DNA of 64,000 nucleotides from Veleropilina oligotropha (Eukaryota): NCBI GenBank assembly GCA_048128005.1, contig JBEUKZ010000045.1, positions 62,001 to 126,000 of the forward strand, read 5' to 3'. Shown piece by piece: positions 28,319 to 38,191 of this stretch (position 1 is its first letter; each line of letters starts with the position of its first letter). The notes under the pieces were generated by a model. It saw only the letters and a program-made list of their open reading frames with translations, ran no database searches and was not told where the DNA came from. The position numbers and the translations under genes were made by a program.

Positions 28319-28660
28319 TCAGTTGCATGGCGATCGGTGTCCTATTTGACTCCACGCACCACCGCAGCCGGTAGATAACATTGAGAAATAATGCCCGTTT
28401 TTACCAGTACATCGGGAGGGCTGTTCACACTGGACCCAAACGACAGTATTTGGGTCGGGGCCACAGTCATTCTCTCCATCGACAACATAGTAGTGGCACG
28501 ATGGTGGGGGAACTGGAGGTGGGTCCCATAGCAAGTTTCTCCACAAGTGGTCGTGCCTTATGTCGTACAGGGGGTGGGTGCTGTACCTAGCCCACGTATG
28601 TTCGAGAATTAATGCTAGCCAGGACACCGCGGCAATGCACAGAAGTAGCATGGATTTCAT
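28319..28660 (-). CDS. Small putative secreted Cys-rich protein (viral cargo), 113 aa
   Basis: Signal-peptide-like N-terminus MKSMLLLCIAAVSWLALIL, Pro-rich linker, six Cys in the C-terminal half; co-oriented with neighbouring viral genes. Confidence 0.5.
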   Translation of the reverse strand: MKSMLLLCIAAVSWLALILEHTWARYSTHPLYDIRHDHLWRNLLWDPPPVPPPSCHYYVVDGENDCGPDPNTVVWVQCEQPSRCTGKNGHYFSMLSTGCGGAWSQIGHRSPCN

Positions 28661-28737
28661 GGTTGTGGCATCCCTGTCTGAGTTCTAGCTTTAATACGGG
28701 GGAGGGGGGAAGTCGTGGCTAAGATCGACCTGAATGG

Positions 28738-29389
28738 CTAATCGCCAGCTCCGATTTTTTTCAGCAGCTCGGCGCGTCCCTCTTTACGACCACGCTCAAT
28801 AAGCTCGCTTCGGGTCTGTGAAACCGCGGTGTGCGCCTTTAGACTTTTGAGACGGAGCATTGCTTTCATTGTCCGATATTTTTCCATCTCCCCCGTTACG
28901 AGTTTGAATTCGTCATCAGACATCTCCCCGTCCGCTAAGGCCTTTGAGACGTGGTCGGTGATGGTGTTCAGTTTGCTGTCGGCCAGAACTCGTATCTCGC
29001 CGTGCTTCTTAGCCTTCACTTGGAGGCGGCGGCTAATTGTATTTTCCACCCATACTCGCGAGCCCACACCCCAACGCCGCTAATTCCAGCACTAGTACCA
29101 CAGGTGCCGCAACAATTGTGGACAGTAGACCAATGCCGGCGCTACCCATACCAAGGGTGGCAACGACAAGGGCCGAATCTATCCCGTCAACGACATTCAC
29201 GCCTCTTCGGTACTTCTTGTACATGGCAGCCCTTGTGTCCCTCTCTCGTTCTAGCTGTCCCTGAAGCTCATTCACCTTCTGTAGTCGGAAAGACTGTGCC
29301 TCCGGCAGTTCCGAAAGAACATCGCCAGGCCTACCACCAAGTTGTGGGTACAGTGTTGGCGCTGATGGCGGCGTGGGTTTGTTGTCCAT
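28738..29389 (-). pseudogene. Viral coiled-coil/two-hydrophobic-helix membrane protein (~217 aa), split by a +1 frameshift near 29040
   Basis: ORFs 29033-29389 and 28738-29067 join at GGKY/ISRRLQ; PSAP-LYPQL N-terminus, coiled coil, hydrophobic hairpin ALVVATLGMGSAGIGLLSTIVAAPVVLVLELAALGCGL, helical C-terminus. Confidence 0.75.
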
Positions 29390-29737
29390 CTATACGTAGC
29401 TGTACTGTTCTGCCCGTTGGGATACAATGTCTACCTTTACATTCAAATAGAGGGTGTTCACCCAGGGGGCCTTGAGGGCAAAGGCGAGGGTTAGCTTGTC
29501 CGAATCCAGGCCAACTTTGTTTATGGAACATGCCTTGGGGCTGCCCCCGGCCGGCTGGACAGGCGTCATGTGGATCATTAGAAGGTCTGGGTTTGACCCA
29601 AACCGACCGCCTGTATTTGGAAGTATAAACTCCCTCCTCACCAGCCCTTTCTTGCTTGCTTCTCCACAACTAAGAACAAAGTGCCACCGGGTCGCTGAAG
29701 GCTCATCTGCAAGGAGGGTCCCATAGATGCTGCTCAT
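29390..29737 (-). CDS. Viral hypothetical protein, 115 aa
   Basis: Fills the gap exactly: ATGA overlap with penton stop, and its stop abuts the next ATG at 29389. Confidence 0.55.
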   Translation of the reverse strand: MSSIYGTLLADEPSATRWHFVLSCGEASKKGLVRREFILPNTGGRFGSNPDLLMIHMTPVQPAGGSPKACSINKVGLDSDKLTLAFALKAPWVNTLYLNVKVDIVSQRAEQYSYV

Positions 29738-30390
29738 TGTATCTCGATGACTGCGGAAATAGGCATACCGTGGTTGTCTAGCGGGTTACCGTCTGAATCT
29801 GCGACATACACCTTCAATTCTGTGAGTTGCCCGGCCTGCAGTCGCCGAAATTCTGGATAACTATGATAGTGGGCAGCCTCACCGAACATCTGCGACGTTA
29901 TAGGGACCACCGCGAGAATATTGCTCGGGGCGCCGTCCTTCACATTGTGTGTTGTACTGAGCTGCTCCAGATGAACGTGTAGGGTCGCTGCAATGGCAAA
30001 CCCGACAGGCTTGTTCCCGTCATAAGTCCCAGGGCGTAGCCACCCTGAAAGGTTGAAGCCGATGAGCTTCAGTATATCGTCGCTTATCGCGAGTCGAGTC
30101 CCCTCTGGAACAACGAGTTGCGCGAGTCCGGTAGCATGGCATACCTCTAGCCGCATGTTAACTAGCGACCTCTTCATAGTCTTGGCGAGGGAATCGAAGC
30201 TGTAGAACCCCGGTGCCACCTCCACGGTGGTATTGGGGGTTTTAAAGAAGGCTCCAGCGTGCACGTTGTGCCAACCGACCCAACAGTCGAGCGACCGCAA
30301 GCCAACACATAGCTTGCCGTCCCAGTTATCAATCGGTTGCAGGAGGGCAACCGCGGTCCCCTCTTGAACACTCGTTACTGTGTGGAACAT
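29734..30390 (-). CDS. Minor capsid protein (penton, single jelly-roll)
   Basis: Polinton penton pattern: VGLRSL..WVGWHNV, VAPGFYS, LHVHLEQL, SNILAVVP, PEFRRL, ELKVYVADSDGNPLDNHGMPISAVIEI; likely ATG at 30390. Confidence 0.85.
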   Translation of the reverse strand: MFHTVTSVQEGTAVALLQPIDNWDGKLCVGLRSLDCWVGWHNVHAGAFFKTPNTTVEVAPGFYSFDSLAKTMKRSLVNMRLEVCHATGLAQLVVPEGTRLAISDDILKLIGFNLSGWLRPGTYDGNKPVGFAIAATLHVHLEQLSTTHNVKDGAPSNILAVVPITSQMFGEAAHYHSYPEFRRLQAGQLTELKVYVADSDGNPLDNHGMPISAVIEIQ

Positions 30391-30394
30391 AGCT

Positions 30395-31677
30395 ATGGCT
30401 AAGAGCACCTTTGCGTTTAATGGGAGTGCGGCCTATCCGACCGGTGTGGTGTACCCGGCAAAGATCCAAGATGAGAAGCTTACAAGACCAAGCGTCGTTG
30501 TCTCCTCGTCTGAATCTCCCCATCCTGCATTCGGGGCAAACTACCCAGACGTCTTCCAAAAGTATCGCCTCCCACACGTCGCGAGTGACCGGCTACTAAG
30601 GGATTGGAACAGCACGCCCATGCGGTTTTGGCAGAACAAGGTCAACTTCGCAGTCTGGTGTGCTACAATGGGTTCCAGGATATCCTCAGAAGACCACTTG
30701 AAGGCCACCGACCCCCTTTCCAGAGCCGTATTCACCTGCCACGTCTACTATCAGATCAGAAGGGTCTTGTCCGAAATACAGGCGCCGCTGCCAGAAGACA
30801 CGACGTGGGATGCATTCGACAACCCGTATGACCGCAGGGCGTATGAGAAGATCTGCAGCGAGTTTGGAGTGTCTCTGCACACCGACTGGCGAGTCGAGGG
30901 CCCCAATAAAGGGCTCGGCACCGCTTACAGCTACTGGACGAACAGCGCCTACCACTCCATCGGACGTGAGTATGATCCCAGTCGAATGTCCTTCACACAA
31001 GGTACGACAAACACGAATCTGCACGTGGACTACATCGCGCGAGCGCCTGCGCTTAGAAACGGATGGGCTTCCTTTATTCTGGACAAATCGGCGGGATTTA
31101 CCCAGGCTGGCGTGGAAAGGCTCAACGATTCCATCAGGACCTACGTCTGGGCGATTCTTGGAGCGCAGGCTCAAACACGTGCAAGCATTCTGGGTAGCGG
31201 GATGGCCTTTGACGCGCAGAAACAGTTCCTGGTGGACATGGAAGACGCCATCTCGTCTCCAGTTGATCTGCCATCAGCCATCAAACGGTACCAGGAGGTG
31301 CTACAGTATACCAGGTCCAAGGTGGACTTCGGCGTTGGCCTGTATATGGCGCCAAGTGAAATGGTTCTGCGCATCGGGCAGGTGGCTGGGTATAACAACA
31401 AGATCGTCGTGGCCATGCAAGACCAGACACTAGGTCTTAATACGACCGTCAACACGGCCAATGCCCCCCCCCCAACGCCACTGGGGATACTGGAGAAAAA
31501 GGACTGGTCATTCCACAAGACGAGGTCGCAGTCTTACGGGCAGATGCTCCGAAGCATCCAAACGCTGAGCCGGCTGTGGCGGCAGCTGTTCCACATGACG
31601 AGGAGAAAACCGCACTCATCGTGGGTGGCATCGTCGTTGGCCTAGCGTTTATTTGGCTGGCTTCACCCACTGGCTAG
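30395..31677 (+). pseudogene. Viral protein (~427 aa) with C-terminal transmembrane anchor, frameshifted in the C10 run at 31464-31473
   Basis: ORF 30380-31645; changing frame in the C run gives ...HDEEKTALIVGGIVVGLAFIWLASPTG* ending at 31677. Confidence 0.7.
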
Positions 31678-32954
31678 CGGCCATAAGAAGCAAGCCCCCA
31701 ACAGATATAATCACAGCCCACAGGTTCTCAGCAAGCCACGACGCTGTCTTGCCGACCAGGTTGATAAGCCAGGAAAGAAGGCTTCCAAGTATTCCAGGGA
31801 GTGCCGCTGCCACCTTCCCCGCTAGTTTACCCAGAATCCAACCCAAGTTCCGCAGGTGCTTTTTTAACCACTCCTTCATGCCTTGACCACTGGAAGGTGG
31901 TGGTGGCGGTGAGATGCTCGGCGCTCCGCCTGTTAGGGCTAGTACCAACGTCGAGATCGCCAACCCAATCGCGGTGAGTATGGTCACAATTGTGACCCCC
32001 TGCTCGCGAAACAGGGTCAGGAGGCGCTCGGCCAGCGTCGTGTCTGAGTGGAGAATCCGAATTATCATCTCTCGGATCCGGCTGATCTGAGAGCGAAGGG
32101 CGTCCCGGCTGGACGAGGCTGCCTCTAGTCTGGCGGCTCGTTCATCATTCAGGTCGCGCAAGCGTTCCGCGATTCGTCGACGAACGAACTCCTCCACACC
32201 CCCTTCATCTGCCTGAGCGAGCTTCCCTTTCTCAACTGCAATGTGTTCGTCCAGCGCCGATAGTTTGGCCAGGTTGTTGGTTAGCTCGCCTCGAATGGTC
32301 TGCATCGCCTTGTCAAGCCCGCGAAGCTCACGAAGATTCAATGGAGGGTCCTCCATCGAGCTCAAGATCTCATCAATCTCGGCATCTGTGAAGGTCGTCT
32401 CCATTGTGTGGACCGCCAATGCCACATCTGTAGCGGTTCGCCCCAAGTCCCGCAGTTCTACGTTGTCTACATTGGCGGCCGCACCGCTCAACTCATTGTC
32501 GGCTGTCTGAAGAGCTGCGACGGCTTTTGAGGATGGCTTTTGTCCCCCCCCCCAGCCTCCAGTCCACGACACCCAGCCCATCTCTGATGGCACTACCCCC
32601 ACCACGCCGGCCAGCTATTGTCGCCAAAGCCTTGGGTTTACCAGTGCTAGCATTTATGAGATCGATGTGTGGATAGGCCTTCATCTGCAATCGCCCATCC
32701 ACGTAATCGAATCGGGAATAATCACGACCTGTGGCGGGGGTTTGTCCCTCCTCTGATAGGGCGTTGTAGTAGTCATCCACCGCTGTTTGGACAAGCTCTT
32801 GCCGCAGACCGCTGGTTCCATCCTGTGGCGCCAGAGGCGCAATCCAGTCAGTGGATCCAACCACAGCATCGTCGACGATGTCGGGCTCGAACGCGGGGTT
32901 CTCGAATTCCGCCATCTGAATACAACCGCTTGGATACGCATCTAATTCAGCCAT
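31649..32954 (-). pseudogene. Viral coiled-coil membrane protein (~435 aa), frameshifted in the homopolymer at 32544-32553
   Basis: ORFs 32493-32954 and 31649-32605 join at DWRLGG/QKPSSK; long heptad region, TM helix GVTIVTILTAIGLAISTLVLALT, amphipathic and hydrophobic C-terminus. Confidence 0.75.
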
Positions 32955-32966
32955 AGCGACAACACC

Positions 32967-34271
32967 ATGGCCAGCCTATACGGATGCACGCTTGATCCAT
33001 ACCGCAGACTTCGAGAGCCCCTTGGGGTCAAGGGTATCCGCCAGTCGGTGACCATCACCAACAACCCATCCACGATTGCCGCCAACCAGCAGCTGTTGGT
33101 GCGGTTCCCGAATCTCGGGGCTCTTGACGTGATCGTTCCAGGGACTGCCCACCTTGAATTTACCATCTCTCTGCACTCGTCGGACCCGAATAGGACCGTC
33201 GTTCAGAACCTTGGTCGTGCCGTGATCAAGAAGACCACGATAAAGATCAGTGGAAACGAGGTCATGTCTATCGACGACGACGACGTTTATCACTGCTACT
33301 GCGATCTCTGGAAGACATCGCAGGAACGCCAGAATGCCCAATACCAGGGGATCGATACCAGCGAGTCCACCAATGTTGCTAGACTGCGTGTTGGTGCGGC
33401 CGACGCCTTCCGAGTTTCTGAAGATGTGGCGATCTCGGTCGCTTATGGGAATCGGTACCGCGTCCCGCTGGACTTCGAGTTGCTGGAAAGCCACATGCCC
33501 TTCTATCGAAGCGCGTTGGGGGACCGTCTGGAGTATGAACTCACGTTCAACGACCATTCAAGGACTATCAAGGCCGCGGATGACGCCTCCGCCAGCTACG
33601 TCATCGATAATATCAGCCTGGAATACGACATGGTCACCCAGGTAGACCTGGCCAGGCTTATTTGCAACCAGTACAGCGGCCGCCTCGCCATCCTCTACGA
33701 CCGTGTCCTGCGGCATCGCAAGCTCACCAGAGACAAGAGCGACACGTTGTGGAACCTTAACCTGAATGTACCGGCGTGGTCGATGAAAGGTATCCTACTG
33801 CTGTTTGAGGACCCCGCGAGAGACGCCGCGGCATTCGCGAGGGACACTGAGGCCTTCTATAATCCGAAGATCACCAAGGTCGAGGTCACCATCGAGGGAG
33901 TCCCGAACCAACTCTACAGCAAGGGTATGCGTTCATACCAGGTGTGGGAGGAAGCCACGAAACTGTTCGCCTCCAACCCGATCAGCAAGCGGCATCCTGA
34001 GGTGGCGCTGATCGCAAAGGAGTTGGCACTGGCAGACGTCACCCTGGGTGCGTTCTTAACGAAAAAGTACGGACTTTGGATAGACATGCGGGTCACCGAC
34101 GACGATCAGCTGCACGGGTCCGGCCGGAGGGTAGAGAACGCCAGCGAGGGCATCACCATACAGATCACTAAGACGGGTGAAGCAGCCGGCCCGTTGAACG
34201 TTTACATGTACGTGATCATGGATGCACAGCTCAACATCGAGAATGGACGCTTCGTCGCGGCACTGTACTGA
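32967..34271 (+). CDS. Major capsid protein (double jelly-roll type), 434 aa, intact ORF
   Basis: Size, beta-strand-rich pattern (LLVRFP, LGRAVIKKTTIKISGNEV, YRVPLDF, LEYELTFN, YVIDNISLEYD, ITKVEVTIEGVP, VYMYVIMDAQLNI) and position next to the packaging ATPase; fold is inferred. Confidence 0.85.
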   Translation: MASLYGCTLDPYRRLREPLGVKGIRQSVTITNNPSTIAANQQLLVRFPNLGALDVIVPGTAHLEFTISLHSSDPNRTVVQNLGRAVIKKTTIKISGNEVMSIDDDDVYHCYCDLWKTSQERQNAQYQGIDTSESTNVARLRVGAADAFRVSEDVAISVAYGNRYRVPLDFELLESHMPFYRSALGDRLEYELTFNDHSRTIKAADDASASYVIDNISLEYDMVTQVDLARLICNQYSGRLAILYDRVLRHRKLTRDKSDTLWNLNLNVPAWSMKGILLLFEDPARDAAAFARDTEAFYNPKITKVEVTIEGVPNQLYSKGMRSYQVWEEATKLFASNPISKRHPEVALIAKELALADVTLGAFLTKKYGLWIDMRVTDDDQLHGSGRRVENASEGITIQITKTGEAAGPLNVYMYVIMDAQLNIENGRFVAALY

Positions 34272-34875
34272 CCGGTTCCCGCACGCCAAGGACCCCCACT
34301 CCGCAATCATCTGTGGCCAGACTGGCTGTGGGAAGACGGTTTTCATGCTTGAACTGCTGAAAGGAGAGTATCGAGGCGTGTTCAAGCACATCGTAATCCT
34401 CTGCCCCACGATCAAGTACAACCAGGCATACCAGTCCTGTCCATGGATCTGGACCGACCCGGAGGTGTATATAATCCCCCCCGGTGAGCGACTTCACGAC
34501 TGGTTGCGGGGGTTCTACCGGCTGTTCCAGGGGGAATCAACCCTGTACATCATCGACGACTGCGCCGCCAGCAAGGCCCTCGCCAAGAGGAGGGATATGC
34601 TGACTGAGTTAGCATTTAGCGGGAGGCATGCCGAGCAGAGTGTATGGGTGGTGACGCAAAAATACAACTCGGTCTTGAAGGAACTCAGAGAGCAGACCCG
34701 CTGGGTCGCGCTGTTTCACTGCAAGGACCGCGATAGCTTTGAAGACTGTCTTCGCGAAAATGACATAATCGGGTCGCAGGATGAGAGAAAAGAGGTGCGC
34801 CGGCTGTTGGCCGAGACCCGACACACAAAGCTTCTGTTAAAGACCGATCAGCCCATTGCTTATAGTGTGCTTTAG
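34243..34875 (+). CDS. A32/FtsK-HerA family DNA packaging ATPase
   Basis: Walker A IICGQTGCGKT, Walker B LYIIDD, arginine finger FSGRH, sensor VVTQ. Confidence 0.93.
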   Translation: MDASSRHCTDRFPHAKDPHSAIICGQTGCGKTVFMLELLKGEYRGVFKHIVILCPTIKYNQAYQSCPWIWTDPEVYIIPPGERLHDWLRGFYRLFQGESTLYIIDDCAASKALAKRRDMLTELAFSGRHAEQSVWVVTQKYNSVLKELREQTRWVALFHCKDRDSFEDCLRENDIIGSQDERKEVRRLLAETRHTKLLLKTDQPIAYSVL

Positions 34876-34907
34876 CAAGCTGTAGCATCTACTGAGCAAG
34901 CTCTCGC

Positions 34908-35675
34908 ATGTCGGACGCTGTATATATAGCTTTTGCTTGCAGCCAGAGCCTGATGTTGCTGCTACTCGGTACATTGTGGTACTGGCTGTACGGCTATATT
35001 AGACCGGCGAGGCAATGTTGGAAACGCTTCAGGATGGACAGCCTGATCGACCAACTCATGGACGACGAACAAGAAACGACCGTCACCGGCCATCGCCTGA
35101 CTCCCGATGGCGAGGAACCTGTCAGTAACAGTGGAGTCGCAAGTTCCGTAGGAATGGCAAAAAAGCGGGAGAGGCTTGCAGCATTAGCCGTTGGAGGACA
35201 GGCCAAATACTTGGGGCGCAACCTCACGGTTGACCGGATCGACGATATGACCGACGAAGAGGTTGACAAGCACCACGCTAGGTACGAAGCGAAACTCGGT
35301 GCCGAGATGACGAAAACCCTGGGAACTGCCGCTATACACCTTTATGCGGGGGCGGCTGGGATGTTCTTGCCTATCCCACCAGCAAACCAACTACGACTGA
35401 TCGCCGACCTGGAGGCCGACCCGTTCATCTCACATGCGCTGTGCACTGCAAGCTGTGAGCTGTATCACCAGTACGACATGTATCTAGCACCGCTGACCGC
35501 AGCGTTGACTACGGCTAAGCACTGCCGATTTGGACACGTCTGCCCACCCAAGATATCGCGAGAGCGAGATCAAGATGACAACGCCGGAACTGGACCAAAT
35601 TTCGGCGAGCCAGCCAATAGAGAGGGTGACCCAGCCGATAGAGAGGGTGACTTCTTCCTCGGGGAAGGACCCTAA
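34908..35675 (+). CDS. Viral hypothetical protein, 255 aa, N-terminal hydrophobic helix
   Basis: Long ATG ORF in the co-oriented viral gene block; LMLLLLGTLWYWLY. Confidence 0.7.
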   Translation: MSDAVYIAFACSQSLMLLLLGTLWYWLYGYIRPARQCWKRFRMDSLIDQLMDDEQETTVTGHRLTPDGEEPVSNSGVASSVGMAKKRERLAALAVGGQAKYLGRNLTVDRIDDMTDEEVDKHHARYEAKLGAEMTKTLGTAAIHLYAGAAGMFLPIPPANQLRLIADLEADPFISHALCTASCELYHQYDMYLAPLTAALTTAKHCRFGHVCPPKISRERDQDDNAGTGPNFGEPANREGDPADREGDFFLGEGP

Positions 35676-36084
35676 AAAGGTGGCTGCAGGGCGGGCCGGT
35701 GCTGCTGCGAGGAAAGCCAAACAGGAGAGGCTACTTGCTGAGGTTAGAAAACTCAAAGAAGACACTCGACAAGTATCCGTCAGCGAAGTTCCTTCAGAAC
35801 TGCCGGAGGCGCCACACAGTACCCCGGCCGCGATGACCGCGGAAGAAAACGACTTTCGCGCCGGGGGGGGGGCCGGGGGGGGCGCAGTACGGACATCGGA
35901 CCCATGGAATTGGACCCATGGACTCTTCGCAGCAGGCGGGGTTGCGCTGTTATTTGCTGTCTGGAAACACAGCAGTGCTTCATCCACACCACATCAACAG
36001 CCACCAGCACCGGCGAGGCAGCCCAGGGCTCCCGCCCCCACTATCGAATTGGAGACTAGGCAGAACCCTTTCCATATGCGATAG
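35575..36084 (+). CDS. Viral protein with basic KDPKKVAAGR motif, coiled coil and one TM helix
   Basis: MTTPELDQ start within ORF 35530-36084; TM GLFAAGGVALLFAVW; short tandem duplication QPIERVT x2. Confidence 0.7.
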   Translation: MTTPELDQISASQPIERVTQPIERVTSSSGKDPKKVAAGRAGAAARKAKQERLLAEVRKLKEDTRQVSVSEVPSELPEAPHSTPAAMTAEENDFRAGGGAGGGAVRTSDPWNWTHGLFAAGGVALLFAVWKHSSASSTPHQQPPAPARQPRAPAPTIELETRQNPFHMR

Positions 36085-36135
36085 GTCGAGTAGCAGTTCC
36101 ATATAGCTCATTGAACTTGATACCCCGTCAACACC

Positions 36136-36378
36136 ATGACTGCCCCAATTACTGACGGAAAGATGCTCGGCAACGCCGTCTATCATTCGGCTATAGTGTC
36201 AGGCCTCGCCATTGGCTACTCATGCCTGGTAAAGATGGCCTTCAAGGGGGCAGCGGCCCCCAAACTTGACTTCACGGGTTACGATGTTGGGATGGTCGTC
36301 CTCGACGTAGCGCTCGCCATGGCGACGAAGGACATGCTGATTAAGCAGGGCATCATACCCGCCGACGTATTGAAGTAG
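36136..36378 (+). CDS. Small hydrophobic viral protein, 80 aa
   Basis: CAACACCATG start context (same as MCP); two hydrophobic segments. Confidence 0.7.
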   Translation: MTAPITDGKMLGNAVYHSAIVSGLAIGYSCLVKMAFKGAAAPKLDFTGYDVGMVVLDVALAMATKDMLIKQGIIPADVLK

Positions 36379-36392
36379 TGCCGCCGGGTATC

Positions 36393-36830
36393 ATGACCAT
36401 GGCCTCCATAGCGATGCTAGTTGGGGGCGCTCTCGTCAACGCCCTCGCCTTCAGCGGGTCAAACTTCCTGTTCTCGAAGCTACGCAGCTCCGGTATTGAT
36501 GAGGAGCGTAAACGCCACGACAAAGCCGTAGAGCAGCTCCAGGCCGCTCAGACTAAATGGTCCCCAAAGAGGGCAGAGCATCTCGATTGGCTTAACGTCA
36601 AACTTCGCCGCCAGGGTCATGCCGTTGGCACATTCCGGGATGTTGACGCCGCGATCCGTGAGTATGCATTGATCACCGGCAAGCACCTTGACCCTGCCCT
36701 GGGGGGTGGCCCTGAGCCCCAGCTGTCTGACTACTACACGCCGAGCGATGACCAAAAAAAGCGAGAGGTCACATTCATCATCCTGGGGATGGCTGCGACG
36801 GGGTTGGTAGCCTACAAGCTCCTACACTAA
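36393..36830 (+). CDS. Viral membrane protein (~145 aa) with N- and C-terminal hydrophobic helices
   Basis: MASIAMLVGGALVNALAFSGSNFLF, charged coiled coil, C-terminal FIILGMAATGLVAY. Confidence 0.75.
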   Translation: MTMASIAMLVGGALVNALAFSGSNFLFSKLRSSGIDEERKRHDKAVEQLQAAQTKWSPKRAEHLDWLNVKLRRQGHAVGTFRDVDAAIREYALITGKHLDPALGGGPEPQLSDYYTPSDDQKKREVTFIILGMAATGLVAYKLLH

Positions 36831-36886
36831 GTTCCAGTGGACATTTTTTTCCGGTTTCTCCCGCGTCTATTAATAGCTCGTTCGCC

Positions 36887-37219
36887 ATGGGGCTCCCAGA
36901 AGAGCTGTACCGTGCTATGCTAGAGGTGGGCCTTGCCGTTCGAAGGCACAAAATCCCCGGCCCCCTGGTCGAAATACCGCAGAAGTCACTCGACTGCTGG
37001 CGGCGCAACGAAAAGACTATGGTGCGGTTCGTGGTCATGGTGCTCTCGGGCCCGACCAACCTACGGGCGACGACTGGGCAGCTTCCGGAGGCGGAAGCTG
37101 AAGCCTGTTGGAGACTGATCACGTTGCTGGAATACCTCGCAAATCTCGATGGCAGCGAAGACCGGCAAAAGAACTCGATGGCGCGGAATGGACCGGAAGC
37201 TTGCGAATATCTACTATAG
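36887..37219 (+). CDS. Viral hypothetical protein, 110 aa
   Basis: Good Kozak context (GCCATGG), fills the gap and overlaps the integrase start. Confidence 0.55.
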   Translation: MGLPEELYRAMLEVGLAVRRHKIPGPLVEIPQKSLDCWRRNEKTMVRFVVMVLSGPTNLRATTGQLPEAEAEACWRLITLLEYLANLDGSEDRQKNSMARNGPEACEYLL

Positions 37220-38191
37220 CCCCCGAGGCTACTGGAAAGGGATCGCCGCGATACAACATCTCTCGGCCGCAGTAGATGTCTCTGAAGACGTGGCCCGGGA
37301 TTGGCTGAAGAAGCAGGCCATCTGGCAAATCTATTTACCCGCGCCACGGCACATTCCAAGGCCAAAATTCGACGTCGTAACGCCAAACGAGGTTCACCAA
37401 GCCGACCTCCTGTTTCTCCCACATGACAAGGTCGGCCGTAAAACGTACAAGTATGCGCTTACGGTTGTCGACGTGGCCTCACGCTACAAAGAGGCTGAGC
37501 CTCTGGCCACAAAAGAGGCCAAAGGGGTTGCTGAAGCTCTGTCTCGAATCTACAGGCGGAGTCCTCTTAGCTGGCCGAAACTGCTTCAAGTCGACGCAGG
37601 GAGGGAGTTTATGGGCGCGGTTTCCCAGCTGCTGGCTACATATAACGTCGAGGTTAGGCGTGGCCGTGTGGATATCCATCGCGATCAAGGGATCGTGGAG
37701 CGCTTCAACCGGACGCACGCTGAGCGGCTCTTCGGGCACCAGTATGCAAAAGAGATGCGTTTTGCAGGGTCTGCGAAAGCGGGTCAAAGGTCGACTGAGT
37801 GGGTGGCCAGGCTGCCCGCCGTTGTTGCGGCCTTGAATGGGGAAGTGACCCGCCTCACCGGTAAAAAGCCCAAGGACGCCATCAAGGCACCTCGTGTTGC
37901 ACAAAATCCCTCTTCCACTGCTCCAGGCCGACAGGGGAAGAAACAGAAACTCCCCTCTGACATAGATGTTCGATACCTATACCAACCCGGTGAGTTGGAG
38001 GGTGGTCGCCGGCGAGCGACTGACCCGGTGTGGTCTTTGACGGTTCACCGGCTTGGACGCTCCATCACTAAACCTGACGAGCCTGTGCTCTACTACTTGC
38101 TTGATGGACCACCGCGTGGGTTTGTTCGTGAGGACTGCTCGTGGTGCCTCGTGACACCCAGCTGCCGCCGGTTGGAGTTCTCAAGCGTTGA
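37188..38191 (+). CDS. Retroviral-like (RVE) DDE integrase; late frameshift near 38134
   Basis: IYYSPRGYW N-terminus, HQADLLFL (D), LQVDAGREF (D), QGIVERFNRT (E); C-terminus restored as GFVREELLVVPRDTQLPP...* at 38191. Confidence 0.93.
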
